Positions 63,947 through 64,000 of a stretch of 64,000 nt of DNA are shown one piece after another. Within the stretch, counting starts at the first letter, position 1, and each line of letters opens with the position of its first letter. Source of the stretch: the human T2T-CHM13v2.0 reference genome, Homo sapiens. The DNA is taken from assembly GCF_009914755.1 (NCBI RefSeq), contig NC_060927.1; one strand, 5' to 3'. Both the position numbers and the translations under genes were made by a program. The notes under the pieces were generated by a model. It was not told the origin of the DNA. It saw only the letters and a program-made list of their open reading frames with translations, and made no database searches.

Positions 63947-64000
63947 TAGCCAGTGAATGAGGCAAGAAGAAGAAATAGCGGAATGTTGAGTATGCCTCAT

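Overview
Human (primate) genomic DNA at the CHCHD4/TMEM43 locus (3p25.1 from recall of these genes). The first ~40 kb is repeat-dense. It holds a broken L1PA nested in a MER57A-type ERV1 provirus (tRNA-Leu PBS), many Alus, MER82/MER33 DNA transposon fossils, THE1 and MLT1 LTRs, a truncated vomeronasal V1R pseudogene, a full-length 968-bp HERV-K(HML-2) LTR5_Hs solo LTR with a 6-bp TSD, and an L1PB-like element carrying an inverted copy of its own 3' flank. From ~40 kb lies the complete CHCHD4/MIA40 gene (minus strand, 142 aa, plus a cassette exon giving a 155-aa isoform). It is head-to-head across a CpG-island promoter (ZNF143-type and NRF1 motifs) with TMEM43/LUMA (plus strand, coding exons 1-10 in the window; this haplotype encodes N168 and T179). 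I see no CRISPR array, rRNA/tRNA gene or convincing new protein-coding system. The best leads are structural or regulatory: the templated inversion, LTR5_Hs aimed at the V1R pseudogene, an L2-like CHCHD4 exon that turns the canonical start into a uORF, a possible decayed multi-exon gene at 9.6-13.4 kb, and an orphan 3'-UTR-like insert at ~35 kb. Repeat subfamily names are from recalled consensus sequences and need RepeatMasker confirmation.
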